In this document: piece after piece, positions 1-9,422 of the stretch | Layout: every line of letters begins with the position of its first letter | Position numbering within the stretch: position 1 is the stretch's first letter | IMG/VR virus record: IMGVR_UViG_3300006045_001036 | From: a virus | Lineage: Duplodnaviria > Caudoviricetes | DNA: 64,000 bases | Reading direction: 5' to 3' (one strand) | Position numbers and translations under genes: made by a program | The notes under the pieces: generated by a model | What the model was told of the DNA's origin: nothing | What the model saw: the letters and a program-made list of their open reading frames with translations, nothing else | Databases searched by the model: none

Positions 1-184
1 AGGTGATTGCTTGAGAGTCTCTCAACGCCTTCTGACCACTGGCTTTCAGTGCTATATTCGCTGAAGACAGTATCTTAGCATGACGTTTGACCGCAGCTTG
101 GTCGGCGGACTGTATCTTGGTCATACCAGCTTTTTGACCTTTGTGTAAGGGCTTCTGTGAAGTCCCACTGTTAATAATAACCAT
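1..184 (-). CDS. 5' part of probable major capsid (or head) protein with propeptide; runs off the window
   Basis: ATG at 184 with AAGGAG RBS; hand translation MVIINSGTSQKPLHKGQKAGMTKIQSADQAAVKRHAKILSSANIALKASG...; directly downstream of protease/scaffold, the usual MCP position. Confidence 0.5.
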   Translation of the reverse strand, partial: MVIINSGTSQKPLHKGQKAGMTKIQSADQAAVKRHAKILSSANIALKASGQKALRDSQAIT

Positions 185-214
185 AGTAATTCTCCTTATA
201 ATTATTGGTTGGCT

Positions 215-1753
215 TTAGCCTTTGAAGTTGGTGTAATACTCTTCATCGGTTTCATCAATTTCTTTCACAGCTTGTGGTTGGATAACCATGCTCGGAACGA
301 CAGCACTGTTAATTTTCGTAATAGAGGCTTGTCGTCTTTGCTGTGTAGAAGCTGTGTCTACGGCAGAACGAATTTGAGCGGGGGTCGCTGAACTTTCGAT
401 TTTGACGCTCGCTACATCGACACCGTAAGCATCTCCGAGAAGTTGCAAATAAGCTTTTTTGAATTCGTCGCTTGTTTGCGGTTGTGTCTTCGCAGTCCTC
501 GGGGTTGTCCTTGTAGATGACGAAGACTGAATACGTTGGGATTGTTTGCTTTGACGTTTTATTTCGCCTTGAGCCGTCAACAGGTTTTGACGTGTCTCAT
601 TTAATTCAGTGGTTACGGTCTCAAGACGACTCGACAGGTTTCGATTGTCTCGAGCAGACGCCGCTATTTTTGTTCTCGACTTCTGTTGTGTCTCTTGTAA
701 CTCTTGAATTTGTTTGATTAATTCTTCATTCTGAGCCAGAAGTTCAGCGTTGTACGCAGCCACTTCATCAATCTCGGCTTCAGACTTACGTCGGAATTTA
801 TCAAAAACCCCGCTATCGACATTTGCCTGTCTATTTGCACGTAACGCAGTTCGGAGTTCTGATGTTAACTTTACATTCTGTGAACTAAGTTGTTCTACTT
901 CGGAATTAAGTGCTGCTATTTGTGCTTCTGCGTTCGCTGTTTGATTAGCGGAAGAAGTAATTCGCCGTTGCAATCTTTCATTCTCTTGTCGTGAAGACCT
1001 GAGTTGAGTTGTCTTCCGAGCCAGTGCAGCACTCACTGCCGTTAATCTATCGTCGTCAATTGTGGAGTTTTCAACAATTGTTTGTGCCGCAGACTCAATT
1101 CTTACCTCTGCTAATCGTGTGTCAATTAAGTCGTTGATTAATTTACTGTTAGGGAGTTTGCGGAGTGCGGTAAGAGCTGCCGAGCTTTCTATCTTCGGTA
1201 TTTCAGTTTTTGCACTTGCTAACAGTCTGCGGTAGTTCGGATTTTCCGAACTTGCTATTGCTACGATATCGGGAATAGCGTTAGGGAACGCAGGAAATTG
1301 AACAACGTCAAAACCGTTGCATATGAATGTTTCGGGGTCAACCTCTCCAATTGGTTCGCCTGTAGGAGTATCACCCCACCCACGTTCAGATACACCGAAG
1401 CGGGTTCCGCCTTTACAGTAATTGGCTATTAACCGCCCTGTCGGGCAATCAATTATGTCGAACTGAGCCCAGACTTCGCCGTCATCTAATACCTTAGCAT
1501 CGTTCAACCGTCCACAGGAATTGGCGGGGTTCGGCTCATCTTCTTCTGGATGTCCAAACCACATTAAGTGACATTTCCGTTTAAGACCGTCAATAAACCG
1601 TTCAGACCTAAAAGCATTTAACCAAGCACCTTTAGCGAGATAAACACCATTCACGTTATCGACATCGGAATCACCTGAGGTTCCTTCAATACGCATAACC
1701 ACTCCGGGCGGTAAATTATCGGTAATTGTCTTAAATTCCGCTCTCTTGCTCAT
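215..1753 (-). CDS. Prohead maturation protease (T4 gp21-like) fused to long coiled-coil scaffold
   Basis: GHPE, GVSERGWG (cf. gp21 GVSSRG) and FDVVQFPAFPNA motifs in the N-terminal ~165 aa; coiled-coil C-terminus; follows portal. Confidence 0.85.
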   Translation of the reverse strand: MSKRAEFKTITDNLPPGVVMRIEGTSGDSDVDNVNGVYLAKGAWLNAFRSERFIDGLKRKCHLMWFGHPEEDEPNPANSCGRLNDAKVLDDGEVWAQFDIIDCPTGRLIANYCKGGTRFGVSERGWGDTPTGEPIGEVDPETFICNGFDVVQFPAFPNAIPDIVAIASSENPNYRRLLASAKTEIPKIESSAALTALRKLPNSKLINDLIDTRLAEVRIESAAQTIVENSTIDDDRLTAVSAALARKTTQLRSSRQENERLQRRITSSANQTANAEAQIAALNSEVEQLSSQNVKLTSELRTALRANRQANVDSGVFDKFRRKSEAEIDEVAAYNAELLAQNEELIKQIQELQETQQKSRTKIAASARDNRNLSSRLETVTTELNETRQNLLTAQGEIKRQSKQSQRIQSSSSTRTTPRTAKTQPQTSDEFKKAYLQLLGDAYGVDVASVKIESSATPAQIRSAVDTASTQQRRQASITKINSAVVPSMVIQPQAVKEIDETDEEYYTNFKG

Positions 1754-2075
1754 CTAATAACACCTCATTTATAATCGGTAGTAGTTGCTCTTGCAAACTG
1801 CGATAATCCTCATCTTTACATCGAGGGTACGTTGCTATAAGTTTACCGATTCTATCTATACCAAGGATATAATACAACATATGGCGGTCACTTTCCGACA
1901 TAGCAGGATTTTTCTCGACAAACAACCAATATCGAGTAACTAAAGAAGATAACGCTTTCCAAGTCGGTTGGTTTAGAGAAGGAGCTTCATCCTTGATTGC
2001 GGTGACAAGTTTTCGCCAGTTCGTCGAATTATAGCCACGTATCATATTGAAAAACATTTTACAGTGGTCGTTCAT
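1731..2075 (-). CDS. Hypothetical protein between portal and protease
   Basis: 114-aa ORF, RBS AAGGAG, overlaps protease start. Confidence 0.65.
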   Translation of the reverse strand: MNDHCKMFFNMIRGYNSTNWRKLVTAIKDEAPSLNQPTWKALSSLVTRYWLFVEKNPAMSESDRHMLYYILGIDRIGKLIATYPRCKDEDYRSLQEQLLPIINEVLLDEQESGI

Positions 2076-2090
2076 ATATGCAACTCCTTT

Positions 2091-3683
2091 CTACATCTCT
2101 CCGCCTTCACCGCTCTTTACCTCGACTGTCTTCATAGACGCCATCTGAGCAGTGAAGATAGGCAATATGCGTTCGGTTATTTCTTTAACAGCTTTAACTC
2201 TTTCGTCATGCTCTCCGATACCCAGTTTGTCGCACAAATCAAGTAACGCTTTGGCGTTTTCGATTGCCTGTTGTACCTTGTCTATGAGGAACGTATCAAG
2301 CAACGACAGTGGAGCATTCATGCAGAGTTCGTACTTGCCGATATAATCCTTGTACCCATTTCGTTCCAACATCAAATCAATACCACGAGTAATTCCTGTC
2401 AGGTATGCCACTTGACCTCGTTGTACACGGCGGTTGAATCTGGACGACATTTGTGTCAGCGTTGTTCCCGAAGCACCAAGACCGCCCTCCCCACTGTAGT
2501 TCATCTGTTGTTTGGGGATAGCAAGAGCAGCAAGTTTCTTGTTAAGGTTGTACTCTACGTCAGCTATATCACGAACATTGACATCGCCTCCGAGCGTTTT
2601 GACATCAATCACACCTTTACCATCACGAGTAAGCGAGTATATTGTGTTTTCAAGAGACTGTGGATTTGCAGTACTCTCAGCAGTACCGAGCGTTGTAGAC
2701 AGAGTCATGTCTTGCTCCATCTTGTTTTTCAACGCCATGAGAGCTTTTTGAGCAGCGTCTTTACGCATGGTTTTGACTTCGAGGGACACAAGACGTATAA
2801 CAAGACTTTTCGTCAGTTTGTTAAGGAGCAGCGAGTCTTGCATCAAGTTGTCTATAACAGTCGGTGTGTATGCTGCCTCAAGAGGCGGCACATCGACCTC
2901 GACACCGTATTCGATTTCGTTGCCGTCTTGGTCTTTGAGATACACCGATAATCCCGAGCTAAGTGATTTCAATTGAACATGAAGGTAACTTGCTGGCGGG
3001 TATTTGTTAGCCACACCTTTGTTTGTCGAGTGTAAAAACAGCATAGAACCGAGCTGAGAGCTTTCGACTTGAGAGCGTTTATCAGGTCCCAGTGAATAGA
3101 AACAAGCGGTTTCTCCTGTTTCTTTGAAGGTCAGCTCTACCACACTGTTTTGAAGTTTGATGTCTCGTGTATTCCATGAGAAGTATTTTGTTCGCTCTCC
3201 ACGGTTATCAAGTCGAACCAACCCGCCGACGCTCATGCGGTCACGAAACACCTCCGTCGATGGAAAACAAAATCCTCCGTGAGTAAATAAGACTCTCATA
3301 TGCCCCCAGCCATATTCTTGAAGGCGTAATTCATAATCAACGATATCTTGAATATGCTTCTGAATAATTTCGTTATCAGATGAAGCCCATACAATCTGAC
3401 CTTTCTCGTTAGGAGATGTAGACTCGTCCGCATACATATCAAGAGCCGTGGAAACGTCAGGGTCGGACGCCATTTGCTCAATAGCGAGATAACGAGATGT
3501 GAAATTGCTCATCAGAGCTGACAGAGGCTGAAACCCTGCTAAACTGGCGATACTGCCGTTAAGTAAGTCTTCAGGGACACTCGAACTCTCAGGCTTCCCG
3601 TATTTTTGTTCCCTCATATTACGGCGATTTTCAGCCGACCGTCTGTACCAATCACCTATATTACTTAAGATAGGAATTTTCAT
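2091..3683 (-). CDS. Portal protein (T4 gp20-like)
   Basis: MASDPDVSTALDMYADES and LGGDVNVRDIADVEYNLNKKLAALAIPKQ motifs; 530 aa; near terminase. Confidence 0.85.
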   Translation of the reverse strand: MKIPILSNIGDWYRRSAENRRNMREQKYGKPESSSVPEDLLNGSIASLAGFQPLSALMSNFTSRYLAIEQMASDPDVSTALDMYADESTSPNEKGQIVWASSDNEIIQKHIQDIVDYELRLQEYGWGHMRVLFTHGGFCFPSTEVFRDRMSVGGLVRLDNRGERTKYFSWNTRDIKLQNSVVELTFKETGETACFYSLGPDKRSQVESSQLGSMLFLHSTNKGVANKYPPASYLHVQLKSLSSGLSVYLKDQDGNEIEYGVEVDVPPLEAAYTPTVIDNLMQDSLLLNKLTKSLVIRLVSLEVKTMRKDAAQKALMALKNKMEQDMTLSTTLGTAESTANPQSLENTIYSLTRDGKGVIDVKTLGGDVNVRDIADVEYNLNKKLAALAIPKQQMNYSGEGGLGASGTTLTQMSSRFNRRVQRGQVAYLTGITRGIDLMLERNGYKDYIGKYELCMNAPLSLLDTFLIDKVQQAIENAKALLDLCDKLGIGEHDERVKAVKEITERILPIFTAQMASMKTVEVKSGEGGEM

Positions 3684-5272
3684 AACAATACTCCGTTATC
3701 TGCCAAAAACTTGTCTTCTGATACCATAGGGATTTTGAACGCTTTCGCTTTTCTCATCTCAGAGCCTATTTGCCCCGACATCAAACCGCCGACAACAAAA
3801 ACTTTCGTTTGTTCTGTCACGTTTTCGTGAATTACTCCGCCGTGGTCGGTGATTAAAGCTTTTACCTTTTCAGGTTTGCCGCAACGGAAGTTTCCTGAAA
3901 GATACACCGACACACCAACAAGCGTATGAGGTTTTTCTTCCTTGTTTTTTACTACGTCGGTAACTTCGATAAGCTCTGATAAAGTTTTCCACTCGGCAAT
4001 ATTCTCGGGTGTAATCGCCCAGTTGACAAAAGCGTTTTGTGCCGCAGACGAAAGACCCGCAGAATTGTGGAAAGCTCTTGGCTTATTAATGAGATAATCG
4101 TTGAATATTTTTACACTTCCCCTGCTTGCGTCTACAATTGTGTTTACATCACTGTTGGATAATCCGGGGATTTCCAAACTCCATAAGAGCTTGAGAAGAG
4201 ACACCTCAAGTTTCTCGGGGAAATTACGAACATATTCTTTTAACCAAGCAGGGGTGAAATTGTTTATACTCGTTTCTTGACCGAGCTTGATAGCATCGGA
4301 TAACGATTTCACTTTGTTTTTCGCAGTCATGCCGAGAATAGTTTCCGAAGTAAACGCTATTCCTAACTGGGTAAGAAAAACGTCAAGACGTTGGTATAGC
4401 TGCGATGTGCAGTTGTAATTACCGCATATCGTTGCTCCGTGACCGACTGTCAGTTTGTCACCACACAGAGGGCATTCTCTTTTCAGAGGCTCGGCGGGAG
4501 AGCCAACAGTACGAACAACATTGTCAAGTGTATCTACGATAAACATTTGGTTGACACCGAGGTTATTACGCAGAATATACGAATAGCTCTTAGTCAGCAC
4601 AACATCTTTAGTCGAAGTAATCAACTTGCCTATGAGCTGTCCGTTCGCTTTATAATCCAGTTCGATTTTCTGTATACGAAGCAAACGGTAAGGGATTCGA
4701 GAAGTTAAGAATTGCTCTTTTCCTGTATTGGATTGCATTACGGTTGTAATCCGACCAGGGTATTGAGATAATTCTTTCGATATACCGAACTCGGCTATAG
4801 TAGCGTTGTAATACTCAAACACACCTTGTTGTTCGGTGGTATCGTTACAAGTAACGAATGACAGGGTTTTGAACCCCATTAAGTTAAGCAGTTCAATGTG
4901 GTCGGTTTGTCGGTTTAATATTGTTGGACACATCAAGAACTTGTGCGGGAAGAATACCCGAGACACGTCTTCTTGCAAGCTCATTGTCTGAGCTTGCTCG
5001 TTCATGTCGCCGAATCCGATATGCGACTTCGGTGTGAGTACCCCCAGCACTTTTGAAGTCCCGCCAGTCAACCCGATTGCATGAGGGATATTTTCAATCG
5101 TATCAAGATTGATAATCTTTTCGCCGTATTTTTCGTGGTTCTGTTCTCCTACAGTTACTCCGATAAGCAACCCTTCTTCAGAATACTCGGCAACAACGTC
5201 TATGCCGAAAGGGTGATAGTAAGCGGTCATTCCTGTACGGAACACCATTTTCTTTACAGGTGTTTTAGTCAT
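3680..5272 (-). CDS. Degenerate NAD-dependent DNA ligase-like protein with Zn finger and C-terminal BRCT
   Basis: CPLCG...CGNYNC Zn finger, LLWSLEIPGL HhH-like segment, BRCT (LVGVSVYLSG...GG...VTEQTKVFVVG...KAKAFKIPMVSE); no KxDG motif. Confidence 0.75.
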   Translation of the reverse strand: MTKTPVKKMVFRTGMTAYYHPFGIDVVAEYSEEGLLIGVTVGEQNHEKYGEKIINLDTIENIPHAIGLTGGTSKVLGVLTPKSHIGFGDMNEQAQTMSLQEDVSRVFFPHKFLMCPTILNRQTDHIELLNLMGFKTLSFVTCNDTTEQQGVFEYYNATIAEFGISKELSQYPGRITTVMQSNTGKEQFLTSRIPYRLLRIQKIELDYKANGQLIGKLITSTKDVVLTKSYSYILRNNLGVNQMFIVDTLDNVVRTVGSPAEPLKRECPLCGDKLTVGHGATICGNYNCTSQLYQRLDVFLTQLGIAFTSETILGMTAKNKVKSLSDAIKLGQETSINNFTPAWLKEYVRNFPEKLEVSLLKLLWSLEIPGLSNSDVNTIVDASRGSVKIFNDYLINKPRAFHNSAGLSSAAQNAFVNWAITPENIAEWKTLSELIEVTDVVKNKEEKPHTLVGVSVYLSGNFRCGKPEKVKALITDHGGVIHENVTEQTKVFVVGGLMSGQIGSEMRKAKAFKIPMVSEDKFLADNGVLL

Positions 5273-5338
5273 TGGATAGGTTTCCTTTCAACTATTAATA
5301 CTTAGAGAGCTGTGTATAGCTCTGTTTTATAAATGCTA

Positions 5339-7471
5339 TTACATAACGAATGTATCATCCGAGCCGACTGTAACACCCATATTACGCCATACATCATTCC
5401 TTGGGTCTCTGTCAAACTGGTCTTCATCCAACGCTCCGATTATGCAATCAAGTCCACTTTCATTGATGAGAAAATCATCATACCCGAAGAAACTGTCTGC
5501 CATTTCTTCCATTGTTTCAGGTGTACCCCAAGCCTGAGGATTGTGTTCAAAGTTGACCGTGTGATAATCCGCCACGTCCATCTGCAGTGTCTCAATCATT
5601 TCATCTGCCCCGATTGATATGCCCGACAGCTCCGATAACACCGCACCCCAAGTCGCTCCGACAACAGCGTCCGCAATATCCTTGGATGAACCGTGTCCAT
5701 GGTCTACTTTTCTTCCCCCGCTTACTGTACGTAACCCTTGAAGTTCACGTTTCAAAAGTATAGATGACAATAATAAAATACGGCGGTCGGCAAGGAGCCC
5801 TTTGAAAATCTTGTGTCCGTCAATTGTTCGGTCTACAGAACGGTAAGTAACCTTAAAACCGTTCTTCATCAATGTTTGCCGCATATCTTCCGACAGATGG
5901 GCGTTGTCGGCGGAAATCTCTTCTATATGAAATCCTCCATCCCGCAATGCGTAGATGAATTTTCGAATTTTCTCAAAATCTATACGGTCTTTCTTAGGAG
6001 CTGCGATATCGACTGCGAAAACTTCCTCGTACAATGTCTCGTTATACCAGTCTCCTTCTACGTTCTGTACCTCACGCTCTCCCGCAATAACTATACCCGC
6101 TATCCCAAAACGGTCTCCGCCTTTACCTTTCTTATCACCCTTGATTGCTGCGTCAAGGTGAATGAACATAGGACAGTCACGGATTTCCCGAGGAATTCCC
6201 CGCCAGTTGAAATAATCAATGATTTCACCCTGAGATGTAATTCCCATTTCTACAACATCCTCAGGGAACGGATTTCCTCTCTGGGTATGCCAGCAAGTTT
6301 CTAACAACTCCATGCTGTAATAAGCGTATTCGCCTTGTACAGCTATTCCGGCAACGTCCATCAGTGTTTGTTCGTAGTTACTCTCAAACTCTATACGGAG
6401 GGCTTCGGGCGGGTAAACAAGTCTGTAACCTTCGACAAATTCAAGTTGGTTACGATATTCGGGGGTATCAAGCTCTTTCGGAACCACAAATCCTTTACGA
6501 GATAAATCACCTACTGCTACGGTGCAAGTTGCTTTGTTGCCCGAAGTGTCCCATTTATCCCAAGGAATTACTTCCCATTGAGCTTTATCAATTATTTTTG
6601 CATAGTCTTTCTCGTTCTTTATCGCTTCTTCCATCTTTGCTTCCATAAAGTCCATGTCAGCGTTGTTTTTAGAAGAAATCGCCCAAATACAACCTTCGAC
6701 AATACCGTTGTATCGGATAGTACCACGGATACGAGTGTTAATTGTGTCAAAGGCATCGGACATTTTGGTTTTCTCAGTCCTGACATCACGGTTGCCCTCT
6801 GTCCCAAAGTTCATCTCGTCGCACAAAGCACAAAAGACTTGCATACCGAGAGCGTGACGTCCACCTACTGCTGCCGAACCAGTTCTAAGTCTTATAGCAC
6901 GGTTATTGGGGATATATTTTGGATTTGCTTCGGATTTTGTGAATTTCCCTTTTTTGTTGAACCACGGCGAAGTTATCAGCATATCGTTGAATTGGCGGAA
7001 CGCAACACCCTCTGCCATATCTTTTGTCACGTTGAAAAATAAAAATGTAATGACCGAAAAGCTTGAAATTTTGTATCGTCTCTGCGGTTTATCCATACAG
7101 ATAAGAATGTGCAGCATATACGCAATACCATAACAGGCGAGTGTGGTTTTACCTATTCTCGTCGCCCCAGTCACATAAATCTCGGAGTACTTACACCGTG
7201 TTGCACCTCTGCCGCTGAATATCTCTTTGAGTTGCTCCCACCATTCTTCGTATATCTCGTTTCCGTAGTCGGAATAGATTCCAAGATATCGTTCGTCGGT
7301 TAGGAAGGTTTTAAGGTCAGCAGGTTGTTCTTTGAATCCAACACGTTTTAGCTGTTCGAGGGTAAAGCTTTTACCACCGACAGCTATTTCATCCAAAATC
7401 GCCTGAAGAATCTTTGCTTCTTCAGGCGAAAGGTTTTGTAATAATGGATTTTTATTCGATAACTTCGCCAT
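5339..7471 (-). CDS. terL: Terminase large subunit
   Basis: Walker A TGATRIGKT, Walker B ALCDE, RNase H-like nuclease IHLDAA ... KVDH...SKDIADAV. Confidence 0.9.
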   Translation of the reverse strand: MAKLSNKNPLLQNLSPEEAKILQAILDEIAVGGKSFTLEQLKRVGFKEQPADLKTFLTDERYLGIYSDYGNEIYEEWWEQLKEIFSGRGATRCKYSEIYVTGATRIGKTTLACYGIAYMLHILICMDKPQRRYKISSFSVITFLFFNVTKDMAEGVAFRQFNDMLITSPWFNKKGKFTKSEANPKYIPNNRAIRLRTGSAAVGGRHALGMQVFCALCDEMNFGTEGNRDVRTEKTKMSDAFDTINTRIRGTIRYNGIVEGCIWAISSKNNADMDFMEAKMEEAIKNEKDYAKIIDKAQWEVIPWDKWDTSGNKATCTVAVGDLSRKGFVVPKELDTPEYRNQLEFVEGYRLVYPPEALRIEFESNYEQTLMDVAGIAVQGEYAYYSMELLETCWHTQRGNPFPEDVVEMGITSQGEIIDYFNWRGIPREIRDCPMFIHLDAAIKGDKKGKGGDRFGIAGIVIAGEREVQNVEGDWYNETLYEEVFAVDIAAPKKDRIDFEKIRKFIYALRDGGFHIEEISADNAHLSEDMRQTLMKNGFKVTYRSVDRTIDGHKIFKGLLADRRILLLSSILLKRELQGLRTVSGGRKVDHGHGSSKDIADAVVGATWGAVLSELSGISIGADEMIETLQMDVADYHTVNFEHNPQAWGTPETMEEMADSFFGYDDFLINESGLDCIIGALDEDQFDRDPRNDVWRNMGVTVGSDDTFVM

Positions 7472-7919
7472 TCTCGTCTACCTCGATTCCTTCAACAACC
7501 TGCGTTGCTTCACCGAGTATTGCAGAAGCAGCGTCGATTATCTTGCCTCGCTGTCCTTCTTCCATAGTTTCAAACTCATTTGTCGAACCCTCGATTTCAA
7601 TCGGCTCGTTGGGGTTGAATCCCATACATTCGAAAGTAGTTTTCAGCGTTTTATCCGTTACAGTCACCGCCTTGTTTAACTCACCTTGAGCAGCAAGGCA
7701 GACTTGTAAAGCTTGCGGAGCATCCTCGACAGTGTCGAGGTTTGCCATAACGCTCTGTGTACTTTCTACGAGTTTTGTCTCCACCAGTTCTCGGGCTTGG
7801 TCGAGCCGTTCCACACGCTGTATTTCGTTAAGCACACGCTGTTTTTGAAAATTCTGAATGGTTGTCAGAAAATCAGCGTTGCTCATGTGGTTTGCATTTT
7901 TCACAAATGTATTACTCAT
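7452..7919 (-). CDS. Helical protein, possible terminase small subunit
   Basis: 155 aa, immediately upstream of and overlapping terL; position only. Confidence 0.4.
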   Translation of the reverse strand: MSNTFVKNANHMSNADFLTTIQNFQKQRVLNEIQRVERLDQARELVETKLVESTQSVMANLDTVEDAPQALQVCLAAQGELNKAVTVTDKTLKTTFECMGFNPNEPIEIEGSTNEFETMEEGQRGKIIDAASAILGEATQVVEGIEVDENGEVIE

Positions 7920-8241
7920 CGTCTTCTCCTTCTGGCTCGGGAGCGGGGTTCATCTCTTCGAGCAGACTCTCCGCCGACACAGCGATTGAGAATAAATCGG
8001 CGACAAGTTTCGCAGCCTGTTCCTCAAAACTCGAAAACTGCTTACCCGCAATCGCCAAACTTAGCTTTTCACCAAGTTCGTCACAACTTCCCGAAATTAA
8101 CCCTAATGCAGCAGTTGCTGACATTGTGTTATCGCCGTCCGCCGATTGGATAGCGACTTGAGAATCGACAGGAGCGGTAACTTCTGCCAAAACCTTGGTT
8201 TTTCTTCTCGGAGCTTTTGTTCCACTGTTGATAATTTTCAT
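7912..8241 (-). CDS. Small acidic protein, candidate head-internal protein
   Basis: N-terminus MKIINSGT...IQSAD resembles that of the ORF at 1-184. Confidence 0.6.
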   Translation of the reverse strand: MKIINSGTKAPRRKTKVLAEVTAPVDSQVAIQSADGDNTMSATAALGLISGSCDELGEKLSLAIAGKQFSSFEEQAAKLVADLFSIAVSAESLLEEMNPAPEPEGEDDE

Positions 8242-8245
8242 AATA

Positions 8246-8584
8246 TTATCCTCTCTTATTTCCTGTATTAGACAGTAATATTGTATTGTTTTCCATTGTC
8301 ATTTCCTCGATAGCAGTGTAGAGATTTTCTACCGCATATCGTAAATTTTGTGTTCTACGGTGTCCATCGGTGAAAAATCCTCCTGACTCGACAAGAGCGT
8401 CAAGAGCTTTTGTCATCTTCTCTTGGTCGGGGAAAGTTTTGCGAATTAACCGTTCAAGTTTTCCGAGTGCTCGAACAGAATCCTCCGACCACAGATAATC
8501 AAGCATTTCATCATATAGGAGAACATACGCAAAATTCAACTTTCGCCGGACTTCGTTCTGCCACATACTTGTATTCTCTTTCAC
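8246..8584 (-). CDS. Hypothetical protein
   Basis: 112-aa ORF in tightly packed operon, GGAGGT RBS. Confidence 0.6.
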   Translation of the reverse strand: MKENTSMWQNEVRRKLNFAYVLLYDEMLDYLWSEDSVRALGKLERLIRKTFPDQEKMTKALDALVESGGFFTDGHRRTQNLRYAVENLYTAIEEMTMENNTILLSNTGNKRG

Positions 8585-8585
8585 A

Positions 8586-8804
8586 TTAACCTCCTAAGCT
8601 TCGGAGTGCGTTGTTAATACGTTTATTAGCACCACGCAACTGCGAATTTAATCGCACACACCATGAAACTCCACGATGCTTGAACTCTGTTAAAGATTTT
8701 TCAAACCGCTCTCGGTCATACTCTCGAATACAACAGAAGTACACTTCGTCATAAGAAACAGTATCTCGCCGTACTTCGTGGAGTCTTTTGATTAAATCAA
8801 CCAT
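8586..8804 (-). CDS. Hypothetical protein
   Basis: 72-aa ORF coupled to neighbours. Confidence 0.55.
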   Translation of the reverse strand: MVDLIKRLHEVRRDTVSYDEVYFCCIREYDRERFEKSLTEFKHRGVSWCVRLNSQLRGANKRINNALRSLGG

Positions 8805-9159
8805 TCTCTTCTATCTCGTTGTATAGTTTAGTGATTTGCTTATACGTTTCATAAACATCGGCGGGTATTTCGCCAACATCACGCAATAGCTTCTCAATAG
8901 CTTTATCTTCGGAAATCCCTTTCATTTGAACCTTAGTGTATAGTTCCATTCCAAGCAGTAAACTGTTCAAATCTTCGAGGGTTGGTATCTTGATTTGATG
9001 ACCGCCGAAGTATTTACATAGATTGAATAAACCGTCAATTCCTACGAAAGGTAACAACTCGGGAATAGCCGAATATTCAGGTTCGTTCTTGAGCGGGTAT
9101 AGAAACTGCAATGCAAAAATCAAATCCTTATAATCTCGACTATTTTTATTTTCCGTCAC
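8797..9159 (-). CDS. Mor/C-family transcription activator-like protein
   Basis: LCKYFGGHQIKIP resembles the Mor family FGGxQxYIP signature. Confidence 0.55.
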   Translation of the reverse strand: MTENKNSRDYKDLIFALQFLYPLKNEPEYSAIPELLPFVGIDGLFNLCKYFGGHQIKIPTLEDLNSLLLGMELYTKVQMKGISEDKAIEKLLRDVGEIPADVYETYKQITKLYNEIEENG

Positions 9160-9422
9160 ACCGTAAATACCTCACTTCCCGAGAAAATCAATTTGCTATA
9201 GAATGGATAAACGAAGAAGTTTTGCCGTTTCATTGCAATCGTTATGTCTTACAAGCCATTCGGGACAGTATTGAGTATTCCGTGCAACACAGTCGGTATC
9301 TTGTCCGCTATCCGCCTGAATTGGAGCGTGGGGCGAAAACTCGCTGTGCTGTTTTAACGAAACTGCTTCTTGTTGCATTAGCACAGAAATTTGAGTGGGA
9401 CTGGCGGTATTATCCTAATTAG
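9111..9422 (+). CDS. Hypothetical protein on the opposite strand
   Basis: 103 aa protein-like ORF filling the 260-bp gap; its TAG overlaps the TAA of the convergent gene (TTAG 9419-9422); no clear RBS. Confidence 0.45.
   Translation: MQKSNPYNLDYFYFPSHRKYLTSRENQFAIEWINEEVLPFHCNRYVLQAIRDSIEYSVQHSRYLVRYPPELERGAKTRCAVLTKLLLVALAQKFEWDWRYYPN

Noticed and set aside
2271-2951. 226-aa plus-strand ORF and similar antisense ORFs across structural genes
   Set aside because: Shadows of portal and other core genes
5303-5324. Hairpin similar to the one at 50104 (AGAG..TGTATA..GCTCTG)
   Set aside because: Only two short copies; chance similarity not excluded
5339-7471. Intein or intron in terminase
   Set aside because: Continuous ORF of plausible length without splice-junction or LAGLIDADG motifs
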